A stretch of DNA of 64,000 bases. It comes from Candidatus Caldarchaeum sp. Its GTDB lineage: Archaea > Thermoproteota > Nitrososphaeria_A > Caldarchaeales > Caldarchaeaceae. Each line of letters begins with the position of its first letter. The first letter of the stretch is position 1. The position numbers and the translations under genes are program-made. The DNA is taken from the NCBI GenBank assembly GCA_038844785.1, contig JAWBRA010000005.1, positions 1 through 64,000 of the forward strand, written 5' to 3'. The notes beneath the pieces are model-generated. The model saw only the letters and a program-made list of their open reading frames with translations. It was not told where the DNA came from and made no database searches. This document shows, piece after piece, positions 29,348 through 39,193 of this stretch.

Positions 29348-30705
29348 ACGCTTGATATACCCAAGTCTCTGGCAAGCTGTGTTTCGGTAGCAGCGATGTC
29401 CTCTAGGCTCAGATCCTCCACGTTGTATTTTCCGACGGCAGACGTTAGTAGCTGAATCTCTGTCTTGAGCGTTTCAAGATAGTTTTTAACCCCCTCCTCC
29501 CCTCGCGCGTATGCCGCCACTACCACAGGTCTTCCAACCCCCGCTGCAGCCGCTCCAAAACAGAGAACCTTGACCACATCGCCGCCGTCTACAATCCTGC
29601 CGGAACAAATGAAGTCTATGCTAAGCTTTCCACACAGCTTGGCGATCTTTCCAAGACAGGCTACAAGAGGAAGACCGAGATCCTTCATAGCCGTCACCGG
29701 GCTGAGCCCGGTTCCTCCCTCTTTTCCGTCAACCCAGAAGGCATCAGCTTTCTCAGCGTCGCAGACGGTGGCAACGTCTTCCAAATCCCTGTACGGTCCC
29801 GACTTTATCCACACCCTCGCCCTCGGATAGTTATTCCTCATAAGCCTTATCATGCTTCTAAGTATCTCGGGTGTGAAGGTTCCAGGCGCTGAATGCCTTT
29901 CGTACAATGGTTTTTCAACAGTTTTAGGGTCGGCGTCAAACGAGTACTTGTCGCTGAGCCTAAGAGCCAATTCTCTGTCAACCATTGTTTCGCCTCCGAG
30001 GCCGGGTTTGGAGCCCTGCCCCAGCTTAATCTCGAAACCAACCCTCCCCTCCTCTATGTAGGGTGTTATGTCCGGGTCTGAGTAGACTCTGTTCCACAGC
30101 TCGTCGTAGGCGTCTTCCACGCTTTGCTGTATGAATACACCGCCGTTGCCTTCCGGCGCGTTTTCAAAGTATGACATGACCCTCTCTTTGAAGCACGGCT
30201 GGCTGGGCTTCACTCTCTTAGCATAGCCCCAAACGGTTGCCACGTTTTCTCCAACTCCCATGGGGACGCCGAGCTTCGCCGCAGCCCTTGCAACATCCAG
30301 CGAGACCTTATTGTATACCGGCGTTGAACCCATCGAAGCTATTGCAACAGGGACCGGTGATTTGAAACCTCCGAAGGAACACGCTGTCTCGACGTCTGTG
30401 AACAGAGGCTCTCTCATCAGCTCCTCCATTTTCTTAAGCCTTAGCGGTGTGTAAAGTGGAGGGATTAAGAGGATTTTGTCGAGCGTGTCGTGTCTTGTAG
30501 GGGCTGGCTGGTAAATTGGAGCTCCCAACAAAGCTCTGCCGAATTCATCTGCCTCTGTAAATGGGAAGATAGACCGTCTTCCCTGCAGAGCCCTGTAGGC
30601 CACTTCCTTGACCGGATACTGCTCCGTAAACTTGGTCAAGGACTTTAGTGTTCCCGGGCTTCGGAAAAGCTTGAGCAGCAGGTTTAGAAGAGGAGGTGTA
30701 CTCAA
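29338..30705 (-). CDS. glutamate-synthase-like FMN-binding protein lacking the Fe-S Cys motif
   Basis: IASMGS, MGVGE, FEIKLGQGSKPGLGG, VDGKEGGTG, SGRIVDGGDVVK...GA; start uncertain (TTG 30705). Confidence 0.75.
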   Translation of the reverse strand: MSTPPLLNLLLKLFRSPGTLKSLTKFTEQYPVKEVAYRALQGRRSIFPFTEADEFGRALLGAPIYQPAPTRHDTLDKILLIPPLYTPLRLKKMEELMREPLFTDVETACSFGGFKSPVPVAIASMGSTPVYNKVSLDVARAAAKLGVPMGVGENVATVWGYAKRVKPSQPCFKERVMSYFENAPEGNGGVFIQQSVEDAYDELWNRVYSDPDITPYIEEGRVGFEIKLGQGSKPGLGGETMVDRELALRLSDKYSFDADPKTVEKPLYERHSAPGTFTPEILRSMIRLMRNNYPRARVWIKSGPYRDLEDVATVCDAEKADAFWVDGKEGGTGLSPVTAMKDLGLPLVACLGKIAKLCGKLSIDFICSGRIVDGGDVVKVLCFGAAAAGVGRPVVVAAYARGEEGVKNYLETLKTEIQLLTSAVGKYNVEDLSLEDIAATETQLARDLGISSVYG

Positions 30706-30713
30706 TCCATGTC

Positions 30714-31694
30714 TCACGGGGAGTATATTCCGGCGACTTTCGGATAGGGTCTCGCCTCCCAAACCGCCTGAAGTCCACACACATATCTTGTAAGCCTTTC
30801 AAGACCTATTCCGAAGCCAGAGCTCGGCCTAACCCCGTCTCTCAGCATATCTAGGTACCATCCATATTTAGCTGGGTTTTCACCGCTCTCCCTAAGCCTA
30901 GCCAAAACCTTCGCATACTGGTATTCGCGCTCCGCCCCCGAGGCAGCCTCGCCATATCCCTCAGGATACATCAGGTCGAAGTCTTTCAAGATTCCTGGCT
31001 TCTCAGGGTTCTCCATGTCGTAGAAGCCTCGAGCTCCTCTGGGGTAGTCGGTGATGAAGAAAGGTTCTCCCATGTAACGTGAGAGCTTCTCCTCCTGTGG
31101 CCAGGGTATTTCAGCCATGGGGTTTACTTTTTCTCCGAGCGTTTTCAGGATTTCAATCGCTTCGGCGTGAGTTATCTTTTTGAACGGCGGGGTGAAAACC
31201 GGCAGGCTTCTCCCCAGCTCCTTCAGAAGCTCAGCACCATGCTCTCTCGTATAGTTGACAACATAAGACATCAGCTGTTCAGCGGTGTTCATAGCCGCCT
31301 TATAGTCTACGTCAGCCTCCTCTATGTCTATCTGGACAAACTCGACAAGATGTCTTCCAGTAGTAGAGGATTCGATGGGCTCCAGCCTGATGTTGGGTGA
31401 GAAGAAGTATATTTTTCCAAAGGCTGTGGCCAGCATCTGCTTGTAAAGTATTGCGCTGCTCATCACCTTGTACTCTTTTCCATAATAGTCTATGGTGGCT
31501 TGTTTGGCCCCCCTAATTCCTGGGTCTGTCACAGGTCCTATGATTGGTGGAAGTATCTCTAGGAAGCCATGGGAGTCGAGCCATTCCCTCGCAGCCCTGC
31601 TTATCATCGCTTGAAGCTTCAGGATTAGGTATGACCGTCGGCTTCTGATGGTTTTGTAGTGTTTCTCGAGCTGTTCCAAAGGCGGTTTGAGCAT
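30714..31694 (-). CDS. AsnRS-like catalytic-domain-only protein (archaeal asparagine synthetase A type)
   Basis: class II aaRS motifs SPNIRLE, RHLVEF.QID.E, GEAASGAERE, GFGIGLERL; no anticodon OB domain. Confidence 0.85.
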   Translation of the reverse strand: MLKPPLEQLEKHYKTIRSRRSYLILKLQAMISRAAREWLDSHGFLEILPPIIGPVTDPGIRGAKQATIDYYGKEYKVMSSAILYKQMLATAFGKIYFFSPNIRLEPIESSTTGRHLVEFVQIDIEEADVDYKAAMNTAEQLMSYVVNYTREHGAELLKELGRSLPVFTPPFKKITHAEAIEILKTLGEKVNPMAEIPWPQEEKLSRYMGEPFFITDYPRGARGFYDMENPEKPGILKDFDLMYPEGYGEAASGAEREYQYAKVLARLRESGENPAKYGWYLDMLRDGVRPSSGFGIGLERLTRYVCGLQAVWEARPYPKVAGIYSP

Positions 31695-31789
31695 GTTTCT
31701 ACCAGCCTTTCTGTTGTATATAGCGTTTATACATATGAGCTGTGTTTTATGCGTCAAACCGCCAAAAAAGCCATTGTTTTTTCGCCTAC

Positions 31790-32250
31790 TTGACGGAGAG
31801 GCGCGGCGTGCAACCAGCCTCGAAACCTCATGTCCTTCGCCAGGCTTAGCTCGCTCACGAGCTGAAGACAGTCGGTCCAGTGATCACTTAAAAGCAAACG
31901 GCGGCACCATTACCGAAATCGTGATATACCTCAAGTCGTCCGTCGGCAAAGGCGAGGTTGACGCCAGGCCAGGCAAGCTTGTCATCACCTACAGAGATGA
32001 CGGAACATTCAAGGAAAGCATATACCCCGACAACTCCACCATTACCACCGTCTACAAAATAACCGGCGACAGCGACACAGTTCTAGAATACGAAGTCTGG
32101 GCAGTGAAAATAAACGTTACACAGATACAAGGGTCAAGCCTTAGCACGAACGACATTTTCAGCGTGGATATAAAGCTGCCCCAGAATGCCCTTCTTAAGG
32201 TTGAGAGGAGACTTCCACCATCCTTCGACCCCGTCATGGACCTGACGTAA
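31790..32250 (+). pseudogene. archaellin (FlaB/ArlB) pseudogene
   Basis: 3' part reads IVIYLKSSVGKGEVD...KLVITYRD...GDSDTVLE...FSVDIKLPQNALLKVERRLP...VMDL; 5' TTG-TERRG-V then a frameshift to TSLETS is a class III signal remnant; hydrophobic helix missing. Confidence 0.7.
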
Positions 32251-32341
32251 ACTCCCCCAAACCCCTCCCTTATTTTTATTGTTGCGGCGTGGAGATAAAC
32301 CGTGGAGGTAATGTTTTTTATTTAAGCTTCAGTTTAAGCCG

Positions 32342-33013
32342 TTGACAATGTCGGGGCGTTCTCCGGACTCATCTCCTGAAACGATAAAAAAGTGGCTTGA
32401 GGAATGTTTCGACAAGGTTTTAAAACAAGACCATGTAGCCGCGATGAAGCGGTGTGACGTGGTTTATCTTCCCTCGCAAAGCTCAGCTCTTGGACGCTAC
32501 ATCGTCAACGTACTCAACAAAACCTACACTGTTGAGCTGGCAGACAGATCTGTTCTGGAGTTGACCACTGGTAAGCCGGCGGGAGAGAAACTATCCTACG
32601 TCATCCTTGAATATCTTATGGGCGCGGGCACTCAAGTCCAGCAAGACGTTTGGCAGTCCATGGAGACGTTAACAGACAAGCCGCCGTTCAAGTATCGTTA
32701 CCAGAAGTTTGTGGTGCGGCCCCTAGAGAGGCTCTTCGGATATGACAAAGAGTTCTTCTCAACTGTTTCAACATCCCTCGGAGGAAAAAGCGAGAAACTG
32801 GGAGGCGTCGCATATTCGTTCAAGTTTCTCCCCAAGGTTAAGTCGCTTGTCCAGCTTTGGGTTGGAAGCAGCCAAGAACTGACGAAACCTAGGATCAACA
32901 CGTCGTTTAACAAGCAGGCCTTAAGTTTTCTAAAAGAGACATCTCTGCTGTTCGTCTTCGAAACCTTAGTCGAGTTCATGGAGAGGGAGGCGAAAAAGAA
33001 GAGAAGACGCTAG
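32342..33013 (+). CDS. DUF3786-like protein
   Basis: LNKTYTV, ILEYL, FG.D...F......LGG, F.FLPKV...V.LW.G pattern. Confidence 0.6.
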   Translation: MTMSGRSPDSSPETIKKWLEECFDKVLKQDHVAAMKRCDVVYLPSQSSALGRYIVNVLNKTYTVELADRSVLELTTGKPAGEKLSYVILEYLMGAGTQVQQDVWQSMETLTDKPPFKYRYQKFVVRPLERLFGYDKEFFSTVSTSLGGKSEKLGGVAYSFKFLPKVKSLVQLWVGSSQELTKPRINTSFNKQALSFLKETSLLFVFETLVEFMEREAKKKRRR

Positions 33014-33531
33014 CGGGCTTTCCACTCTTCTTCCTCAAAACCACTTTTTTTGTTAACCAGCCTTGCCAGAAGGAAAAGGAGCAGGCTAAGCTTGTTTAGG
33101 AAGGCTGTCACCGTCTCATCAACTTCCTCGAAATCGGCCAACCTAGCCACAGACCTCTCAGCCCTTCTTGCAACAGCTCTGCACACATGCAGCAACGAAG
33201 CCTCAAACCCACCGGATGGGAAGATGAAACGCTGGAGAGGCGGAAGCTCCGACCCTATTTCAGCTATCCAGTTCTTTATCTTCTCGTTGTTTTCCCTCAG
33301 CTTGTCAAGAGGGTGGGAGGGCAGTGCGAGATAAGAACCTACGTGGAAGAGGCTCTCTTGGACTGTTTTCAGGATGGAGGCTAGGTAAGGGTCCTTCACC
33401 GCCGATCGGGCCAGGCCGATGAACGATGAAAGCTCGTCCACCTCGCCGAAAGCCTCAATTCTCGGATGGCTTTTCCTCACCTTGCCAACGCGTGGAATAA
33501 AGGTTTCCCCCCTGTCGCCAGAGCTGGACAA
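33010..33531 (-). CDS. pduO: PduO-type cob(I)alamin adenosyltransferase
   Basis: GDRGET, RIEAFGEVDELSS, FIFPSG, CRAVARRAER, LNKLS. Confidence 0.9.
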   Translation of the reverse strand: MSSSGDRGETFIPRVGKVRKSHPRIEAFGEVDELSSFIGLARSAVKDPYLASILKTVQESLFHVGSYLALPSHPLDKLRENNEKIKNWIAEIGSELPPLQRFIFPSGGFEASLLHVCRAVARRAERSVARLADFEEVDETVTAFLNKLSLLLFLLARLVNKKSGFEEEEWKAR

Positions 33532-33534
33532 CGC

Positions 33535-34674
33535 CTACTTGCTCTCCAGTCTCTTAATAATAGATTTAATCCTCGAAAAGCCTAGAGCGGGAGTCGGCCT
33601 GTCGGGAACTATCCCCTGCGGCCTGACTATCAAAACGATTATCAAGGCAACGCCGAACAAAAGCCTGTCAAGCCAGACAAGGCTGAAGGGGATTAGCGGT
33701 TCAAACACATACCTGTAAGTGTCTATCGTTCTCCTCAAGACGACGAAGATAAGGGTTCCTAGGAGAACGCCTTTGTGGTTGCCAGCTCCTCCTATGATGA
33801 CCATAACCCATGGCCAGAAAGTCCAGTTAAACCTGTCGTAGGTGGATGCTATTACGCTCTGGGAGTTGAAAGCCCATAAGGCTCCTGCAACAGCCGCCAT
33901 CGCAGACGACAGCACCAAAACTTTCTGCTTCAACCTTACCACATCTTTCCCAAGAACCTCAGCCGCTATCTCCTGGTCCTTCAATGCTTTAAGAGCCCTT
34001 CCTGCAGGAGAGTAGGCGAGCTGACGCATGTAAACGAAAAACGTCAAGGAAACCAGTAAAATCACGAACGTAGAGGCGTAAAACCTGTAAGCACCAAGCC
34101 ATCCATATGGGTCTGGAGCAAAAACCCCCAGGGTTCCTCCCACCAAAGTCCTCTCCAGATAACCAACCTGCCTGAGAAACTCACCCATAGCCAGCAAGGT
34201 CATGGCTAGATAGTCCTCTCTGAGCCTTATCGCCGGGTAGGAGGCGACAAACCCTAAACCAGCCCCCACCAGAGCTGCTAAACCAACCGTGGCAAGCAAT
34301 ACTGTGATGGAGAGCACGGGGTCTCCGACCATCACCCTGCGTATACAATCTCCAATGACTGAGTTGTCCTCGATATAGTCCATACCCTCTAAAATCTTGG
34401 GCTTTATCTGAGCCAAGGTCTTTAGACACTCTGACAGAATAGGGTGGTTTTCCACAGCTCTGAACCCTTTGAGCAAGTTAAGCTGGTCGGCTAAAGCTCT
34501 CCCCGGGACGGCTCCCACCACGAAAGCACCTCCAGCGACTGCGAGAACCTTCCCGAAGTTAGGTATACCCGTAAGTCCGTATTCTATGTTTAAGCTCGTG
34601 TTAACTATTAGGTAGATTGCAAAGTATGCGATGATGTCCAATAAAAAAGTCAAAAGCTGCTGAACCTCCATCAA
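33535..34674 (-). CDS. livM: branched-chain amino acid ABC transporter permease (LivM-like)
   Basis: SLNIEYGLTGIPNFG, RLREDYLAMTLL, IIGGAGN. Confidence 0.85.
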   Translation of the reverse strand: MMEVQQLLTFLLDIIAYFAIYLIVNTSLNIEYGLTGIPNFGKVLAVAGGAFVVGAVPGRALADQLNLLKGFRAVENHPILSECLKTLAQIKPKILEGMDYIEDNSVIGDCIRRVMVGDPVLSITVLLATVGLAALVGAGLGFVASYPAIRLREDYLAMTLLAMGEFLRQVGYLERTLVGGTLGVFAPDPYGWLGAYRFYASTFVILLVSLTFFVYMRQLAYSPAGRALKALKDQEIAAEVLGKDVVRLKQKVLVLSSAMAAVAGALWAFNSQSVIASTYDRFNWTFWPWVMVIIGGAGNHKGVLLGTLIFVVLRRTIDTYRYVFEPLIPFSLVWLDRLLFGVALIIVLIVRPQGIVPDRPTPALGFSRIKSIIKRLESK

Positions 34675-35615
34675 GCCCTCTCACCTCTGCTGACCAAGAG
34701 CTTACCCAATCCCCTCCATCTAACGGCTAGCAGGCCTTGGGGTGCTATGATTAGTGTTAGCGCCATCGCCATCAAAGGTATTAAAGGCCGGTAAACAGTA
34801 ATCCACGCCCCGAAAGTGATGCCGAGCTGACGCGTACCCAGTATTTCGATGAAGCCTAGCAAGTACCCTCCTGCAACCGCTCCGTAAATGTTCTGGAGGC
34901 CCCCCACAATGCTTGCCGCGAAAATGCTTATCAAAAGCAGGCTGCCGTAGTCAGGGCTTCCCTGAAACCAGAGGGCTAGAAGAGAGCCTGCAAGCCCTCC
35001 TAAGCCTCCTGCGATAAACCATGAATAAGAGTACATGCGTTTGACGTTGATACCCAAGCTCCCTGCTAGCGGCGGGTTTTCAATGGCCGCTCTCAAACCC
35101 ACCCCAAACCTTGTCTTTGTCAAAACCATGTGCAGCACTATGACGATTGAAACAGCAAGTGCTGGAGCGGCTAGAAAGACTCCTGGCTGGTCGAAAATCC
35201 TTACATCGTTTCTTCTTATCAAAAAACCCCGGGACTGGATCTTGAAGGTTTGAGTAAAGTAATCGGCGTATATGTTCAACACAGCTATCAGAATCAATTC
35301 GAACGCGATGGTTGCTATCATCTGTGAGACAAGGCTTGCGTCTCTTGAAATCAAAGGCCTGAGAACAATCAGGTAGAGGACTAGAGCAGCTCCGCCGCCT
35401 AGTAGAAAAGCCGGTATGATAGATATATACGCGTGAAGCTTGAAGACTTCAGTCATGGTGAGCATCGTCATCATACCTATGGAGGCGAAGCTGCCGTGCG
35501 CGAAGTTCGGGACCTTCGTAGTCAGATAGTTGAGCGTCAAGCCGAGTGATAGAAGGCTCAGCATGCTCGCGAAAATGACGGCATCTCTTAGTATTGGCTC
35601 AAAGACAACCATCAC
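34671..35615 (-). CDS. livH: branched-chain amino acid ABC transporter permease (LivH-like)
   Basis: LGLTL......NFAHG, KTRFGVGLRA, LGIN, IVGGL. Confidence 0.85.
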   Translation of the reverse strand: MMVVFEPILRDAVIFASMLSLLSLGLTLNYLTTKVPNFAHGSFASIGMMTMLTMTEVFKLHAYISIIPAFLLGGGAALVLYLIVLRPLISRDASLVSQMIATIAFELILIAVLNIYADYFTQTFKIQSRGFLIRRNDVRIFDQPGVFLAAPALAVSIVIVLHMVLTKTRFGVGLRAAIENPPLAGSLGINVKRMYSYSWFIAGGLGGLAGSLLALWFQGSPDYGSLLLISIFAASIVGGLQNIYGAVAGGYLLGFIEILGTRQLGITFGAWITVYRPLIPLMAMALTLIIAPQGLLAVRWRGLGKLLVSRGERA

Positions 35616-35730
35616 TTGAAACTATCCGCTTAACACTAATATTTGTATTTTTGAAGAACGGTTTCCAACTTTGGACAGCCCATCCAATTTATGAAAACGC
35701 TTATATCCCTGAATCTAGCTTCTTCCGGCG

Positions 35731-37068
35731 ATGAAAAAAAGTATTGAAGCCGTATCTTCAACCGTAGCTGGCGTAGCTGCTGTCGTGGCCCTAATAATCG
35801 GGTTGCTGATAGGCGGTGTAGCACTTGGTCCGACGCTGGGCGGTGGACCGCAGGTCCAGACTGTTTTTAGAACAGCAACTGTTGAGAGAACCGTGACAAC
35901 GACCGCCGCAGCAGGGCTGACAGGCGAAGTACAGATAGGTACTTTGCTGTGCCTAAGCGCAGTCCTTTCCTCATACGCTGAAAACGAGAGAGTCGCCATG
36001 GACCTTGCAGCGAAGGAGGTGAACGATTTCCTGCAAAAAGCTGGCGCCGGTTTTAGGATAAAGTTAATCCATGAAGACACCGCATGCGCCCCTGCTACAG
36101 CGGAGGAAAAGATAAGAAGCCTGTATGCAAGGGGGGTTAGACTAATAGTCGGGCCTATGACTTCGGCAGAGGTGAGGCAGATAAAAGGCTTCGCGGACAC
36201 GAACAAAATCCTCCTCATATCGCAGTCTTCAACAGCTCCAGACCTTAAGATACCTGGCGACTATGTTTTTAGGTTCACGACGGCAGACGACATTCAAGGA
36301 CCTATCGGCCCTAGGCTTGCAAAGCTACTTGGCGTCACACATTTCATCTACATCTGGAGAGGTGATGCGTGGGGCGATGGGCTACACACAGTTTCTACAG
36401 GGGAGGCAAAGAAGCTTGGACTGAACCTCGCGCTAGAGCTAAGGTATGCGCCTGACAAGACAGAGTTCTCGGCTGAGGTTTCCCAGCTAGCTAACACTGT
36501 AAAGTCGTTAATCGGTGCGGGAGTTGCGGCAAACAAGATAATGGTTGAGATAGTTGGCTTCGACGAGGTGGTGGCGTTTCTATCTGCGGCAAACGAATAC
36601 CCAGAGCTAAAGCAAATAAGATGGTTCGGTAGCGACGGAACTGCAGTCACCGCCGCTATCTTCCAAGACCCGGCGGCTACGCAATTCGCTGAGCAGGTAA
36701 AGTGGATTAACCCGCTGTTCTTCGCCACGACTCCTGACAGGAAGGCGAGGGTGGACGCTGAGGTTTTACGCGTCCTTGGCCGTTCACCGCCGGATGCCTA
36801 CTCGTACGCCGCATACAGCGCCGTCTGGGCATATGCCCTCGGGCTTATGGCGACGCAGAAGTACGATGCGGAGGCGGTAAGGGCTGTTCTACCGATGATA
36901 GCTCAAGAGTTTCTCAGCTTAAAGCTTGACGACGCCGGAGACCTTCCCTACTCCGACTACATCCTCTGGCTTGTGAAGACTGTGGACGGCAAACCACGTT
37001 GGGTTGAAGCCGGCCGATACGTGTACGCCACAAACTCCTTCGAGTGGGCAGAGGGCTTTCAGCCATAA
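35731..37068 (+). CDS. branched-chain amino acid ABC transporter substrate-binding protein
   Basis: N-terminal TM and Thr-rich linker; IVGPMTS, ISQSSTAP.L, YVFRF. Confidence 0.85.
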   Translation: MKKSIEAVSSTVAGVAAVVALIIGLLIGGVALGPTLGGGPQVQTVFRTATVERTVTTTAAAGLTGEVQIGTLLCLSAVLSSYAENERVAMDLAAKEVNDFLQKAGAGFRIKLIHEDTACAPATAEEKIRSLYARGVRLIVGPMTSAEVRQIKGFADTNKILLISQSSTAPDLKIPGDYVFRFTTADDIQGPIGPRLAKLLGVTHFIYIWRGDAWGDGLHTVSTGEAKKLGLNLALELRYAPDKTEFSAEVSQLANTVKSLIGAGVAANKIMVEIVGFDEVVAFLSAANEYPELKQIRWFGSDGTAVTAAIFQDPAATQFAEQVKWINPLFFATTPDRKARVDAEVLRVLGRSPPDAYSYAAYSAVWAYALGLMATQKYDAEAVRAVLPMIAQEFLSLKLDDAGDLPYSDYILWLVKTVDGKPRWVEAGRYVYATNSFEWAEGFQP

Positions 37069-37101
37069 AACTCATATACCATCTACCCATTTTTTTATAG
37101 A

Positions 37102-37866
37102 ATGACTGTTGAGAAAATATTAGTCACTCAAGGGCTTTCTAAAAACTTTGGCGGACTCTGGGCTTTAGATGGGGTTGACATAGCTGTGCAAAAAGGCTCT
37201 ATGTGTCTTTTGATAGGGCCTAACGGGAGTGGGAAAACTACTTTGGTGAACGTTGTAACAGGTGTTTACAAGCCAGAGCATGGTGTGGTGTTCTTCGACG
37301 GCAAGCCTATAACAGGGTTAAAGCCGCATCAAATCTACGGATTAGGCCTCGTCAGAACTTGGCAGATCCCTCAGCCCTTCCAATCCTTAACAGTTCTCGA
37401 AAACCTTCTCGTCTCAGAAAAACACAATCCAGGGGAAGGCCTTCTCTCAGCCCTTAACAGGTCCAATTGGGATAAGTTTGAGGAGGAGTCCATTGAGAAA
37501 GCCTTTGGGATTCTAAAGCTTTTGAAGCTTGACAACCTCTGGGACCAGCAGGCCTTCAAGCTGAGCGGCGGTCAGATGAAGCTCCTGGAAACAGGAAGGG
37601 CGTTGATGAGCGGTGCTAAAATGATATTGATGGATGAGCCTGCAGCGGGGATAAACCCGAACCTAGCCCATGAAGTCTTCACCTACTTGAGGGAGGTTAA
37701 CAAAAAGCTCGGAATAACATTTCTCCTTATAGAACATAGACTGGACCTCGCAATACCATATGTAGACTATGTGTACGCTATGCATCTAGGTAAGGTCATA
37801 GCTGAAGGCATGCCTAAAGAGGTCTTAAACAACATCCTGGTTGTCGAAAGTTATCTCGGTGGATAG
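37102..37866 (+). CDS. livG: ABC ATPase LivG
   Basis: GPNGSGKTT, LVRTWQ, LSGGQ, DEPAAG, IEH. Confidence 0.9.
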   Translation: MTVEKILVTQGLSKNFGGLWALDGVDIAVQKGSMCLLIGPNGSGKTTLVNVVTGVYKPEHGVVFFDGKPITGLKPHQIYGLGLVRTWQIPQPFQSLTVLENLLVSEKHNPGEGLLSALNRSNWDKFEEESIEKAFGILKLLKLDNLWDQQAFKLSGGQMKLLETGRALMSGAKMILMDEPAAGINPNLAHEVFTYLREVNKKLGITFLLIEHRLDLAIPYVDYVYAMHLGKVIAEGMPKEVLNNILVVESYLGG

Positions 37867-37869
37867 AGG

Positions 37870-38571
37870 TTGCTCAGGACCGAGAACCTTTGCGCAGGAT
37901 ATAAAAAGCTTCAAGTCCTCTTCGAGGTCTCGGTCACCGTTCCCGCAAACCTTCTCACAGTGGTCGTAGGCCCTAACGGCAGCGGAAAGAGCACTCTCCT
38001 CAAGACCGTTTTCGGGCTGACCAAAGTTTATTCTGGTAGGATACGTTTGGACGGCGTTGACATCACGGGGCTTGCCCCGCATCAAGTCGCCTCCCACGGC
38101 GTAGCCTACGTTCCACAGCTAGACAACGTCTTCGCAAACTTAACCGTCTACGAAAACCTGTTAATTTCATCATACGGGCTGGGGAAAGCAGATTCGTCAG
38201 TCTTGGACGTCATGGAAATCTTCCCGCATCTAAAGAGATATCAAACGAAGAAAGCGGCTTTGATGAGCGGCGGGGAGAGGCAGATGCTAGCCATAGCCAT
38301 GGCTCTCATCCGCAAACCCAAGATAATGCTTTTCGACGAGCCGACCGGTAACCTTTCACCCAAGATGTCAACAACGATACTCGACATAATCAGAGACTTG
38401 AGGGACAGCCACCGCAAAACAATACTTCTGGCTGAGCAGAACGCTAAAAGGGCTTTGGAGATAGGTGACAAAGCCATACTGCTTGTCAGCGGCCGCACGG
38501 CCTTCGAAGGGGATGCGCAGACACTCCTCAGGCATAAGGAGCTTGGCAGGCTGTATCTAGGGATCAGGTAA
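37870..38571 (+). CDS. livF: ABC ATPase LivF
   Basis: GPNGSGKST, MSGGERQMLAIA, DEP, EQNA, YLG. Confidence 0.9.
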   Translation: MLRTENLCAGYKKLQVLFEVSVTVPANLLTVVVGPNGSGKSTLLKTVFGLTKVYSGRIRLDGVDITGLAPHQVASHGVAYVPQLDNVFANLTVYENLLISSYGLGKADSSVLDVMEIFPHLKRYQTKKAALMSGGERQMLAIAMALIRKPKIMLFDEPTGNLSPKMSTTILDIIRDLRDSHRKTILLAEQNAKRALEIGDKAILLVSGRTAFEGDAQTLLRHKELGRLYLGIR

Positions 38572-39193
38572 AGTTTTCTATCTCTGACAGGCTTTTGAGA
38601 AAATAGTCCGCGTAGTCGCATTTGTCGGTGTAGACCGCCGCCGTATACATGCCCAGCTTCTTTGCTGGAGCCAGCTCAACATCGCATCTGTCGCCCACAT
38701 ACAACGCGTCGGAGGCGTTTACCCCGGCTTTCTCCAGCAGCAGCATGTATCCTGAAGGGTCTGGCTTAGGTTCTGCATCATCGCTCGTCACGATAAAATC
38801 ATAGCATTGTCTGTCAACGCCTAAGCATTCCAAAACCTTTCCCGCAAGCTTTCTACCAGAGTTTGTATGAAGCCCAATCACAACACCCTTACGTCTCAAG
38901 TTTCTCAGCAGCCCAACTACAGCAGCCGAAGGATGTATGTATTTTTTCACATCCGCAACATCAGCGAGCCTGTCGTAGAACCGGCCTCGCTCCAGCCCAA
39001 GAACCTCAACGCTCCTGCTTACCGTCTTCACCTTCTCCTTAACCTCCATAAGCCTTTTGAACGCCTCAGCCCTAGCTAACCCCAGCATCTCAGCTATGAC
39101 CGCAACAGCCGACTGAAGGAGATGTTCTTCATACTCCCTGCTCCTGTAAAGTGTTCCGTCTACGTCTAGGAAAACGGCTTTAAACTTCCTCAA
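38564..39193 (-). CDS. HAD-superfamily hydrolase
   Basis: DVDGTL, TNS, KPDP, YVGD. Confidence 0.88.
   Translation of the reverse strand: MRKFKAVFLDVDGTLYRSREYEEHLLQSAVAVIAEMLGLARAEAFKRLMEVKEKVKTVSRSVEVLGLERGRFYDRLADVADVKKYIHPSAAVVGLLRNLRRKGVVIGLHTNSGRKLAGKVLECLGVDRQCYDFIVTSDDAEPKPDPSGYMLLLEKAGVNASDALYVGDRCDVELAPAKKLGMYTAAVYTDKCDYADYFLKSLSEIENFT

Noticed and set aside
31687-31789. N-terminal part of the 187-aa ORF as real coding sequence
   Set aside because: It overlaps the divergent AsnRS-like start and promoter; only the downstream archaellin-like part is meaningful
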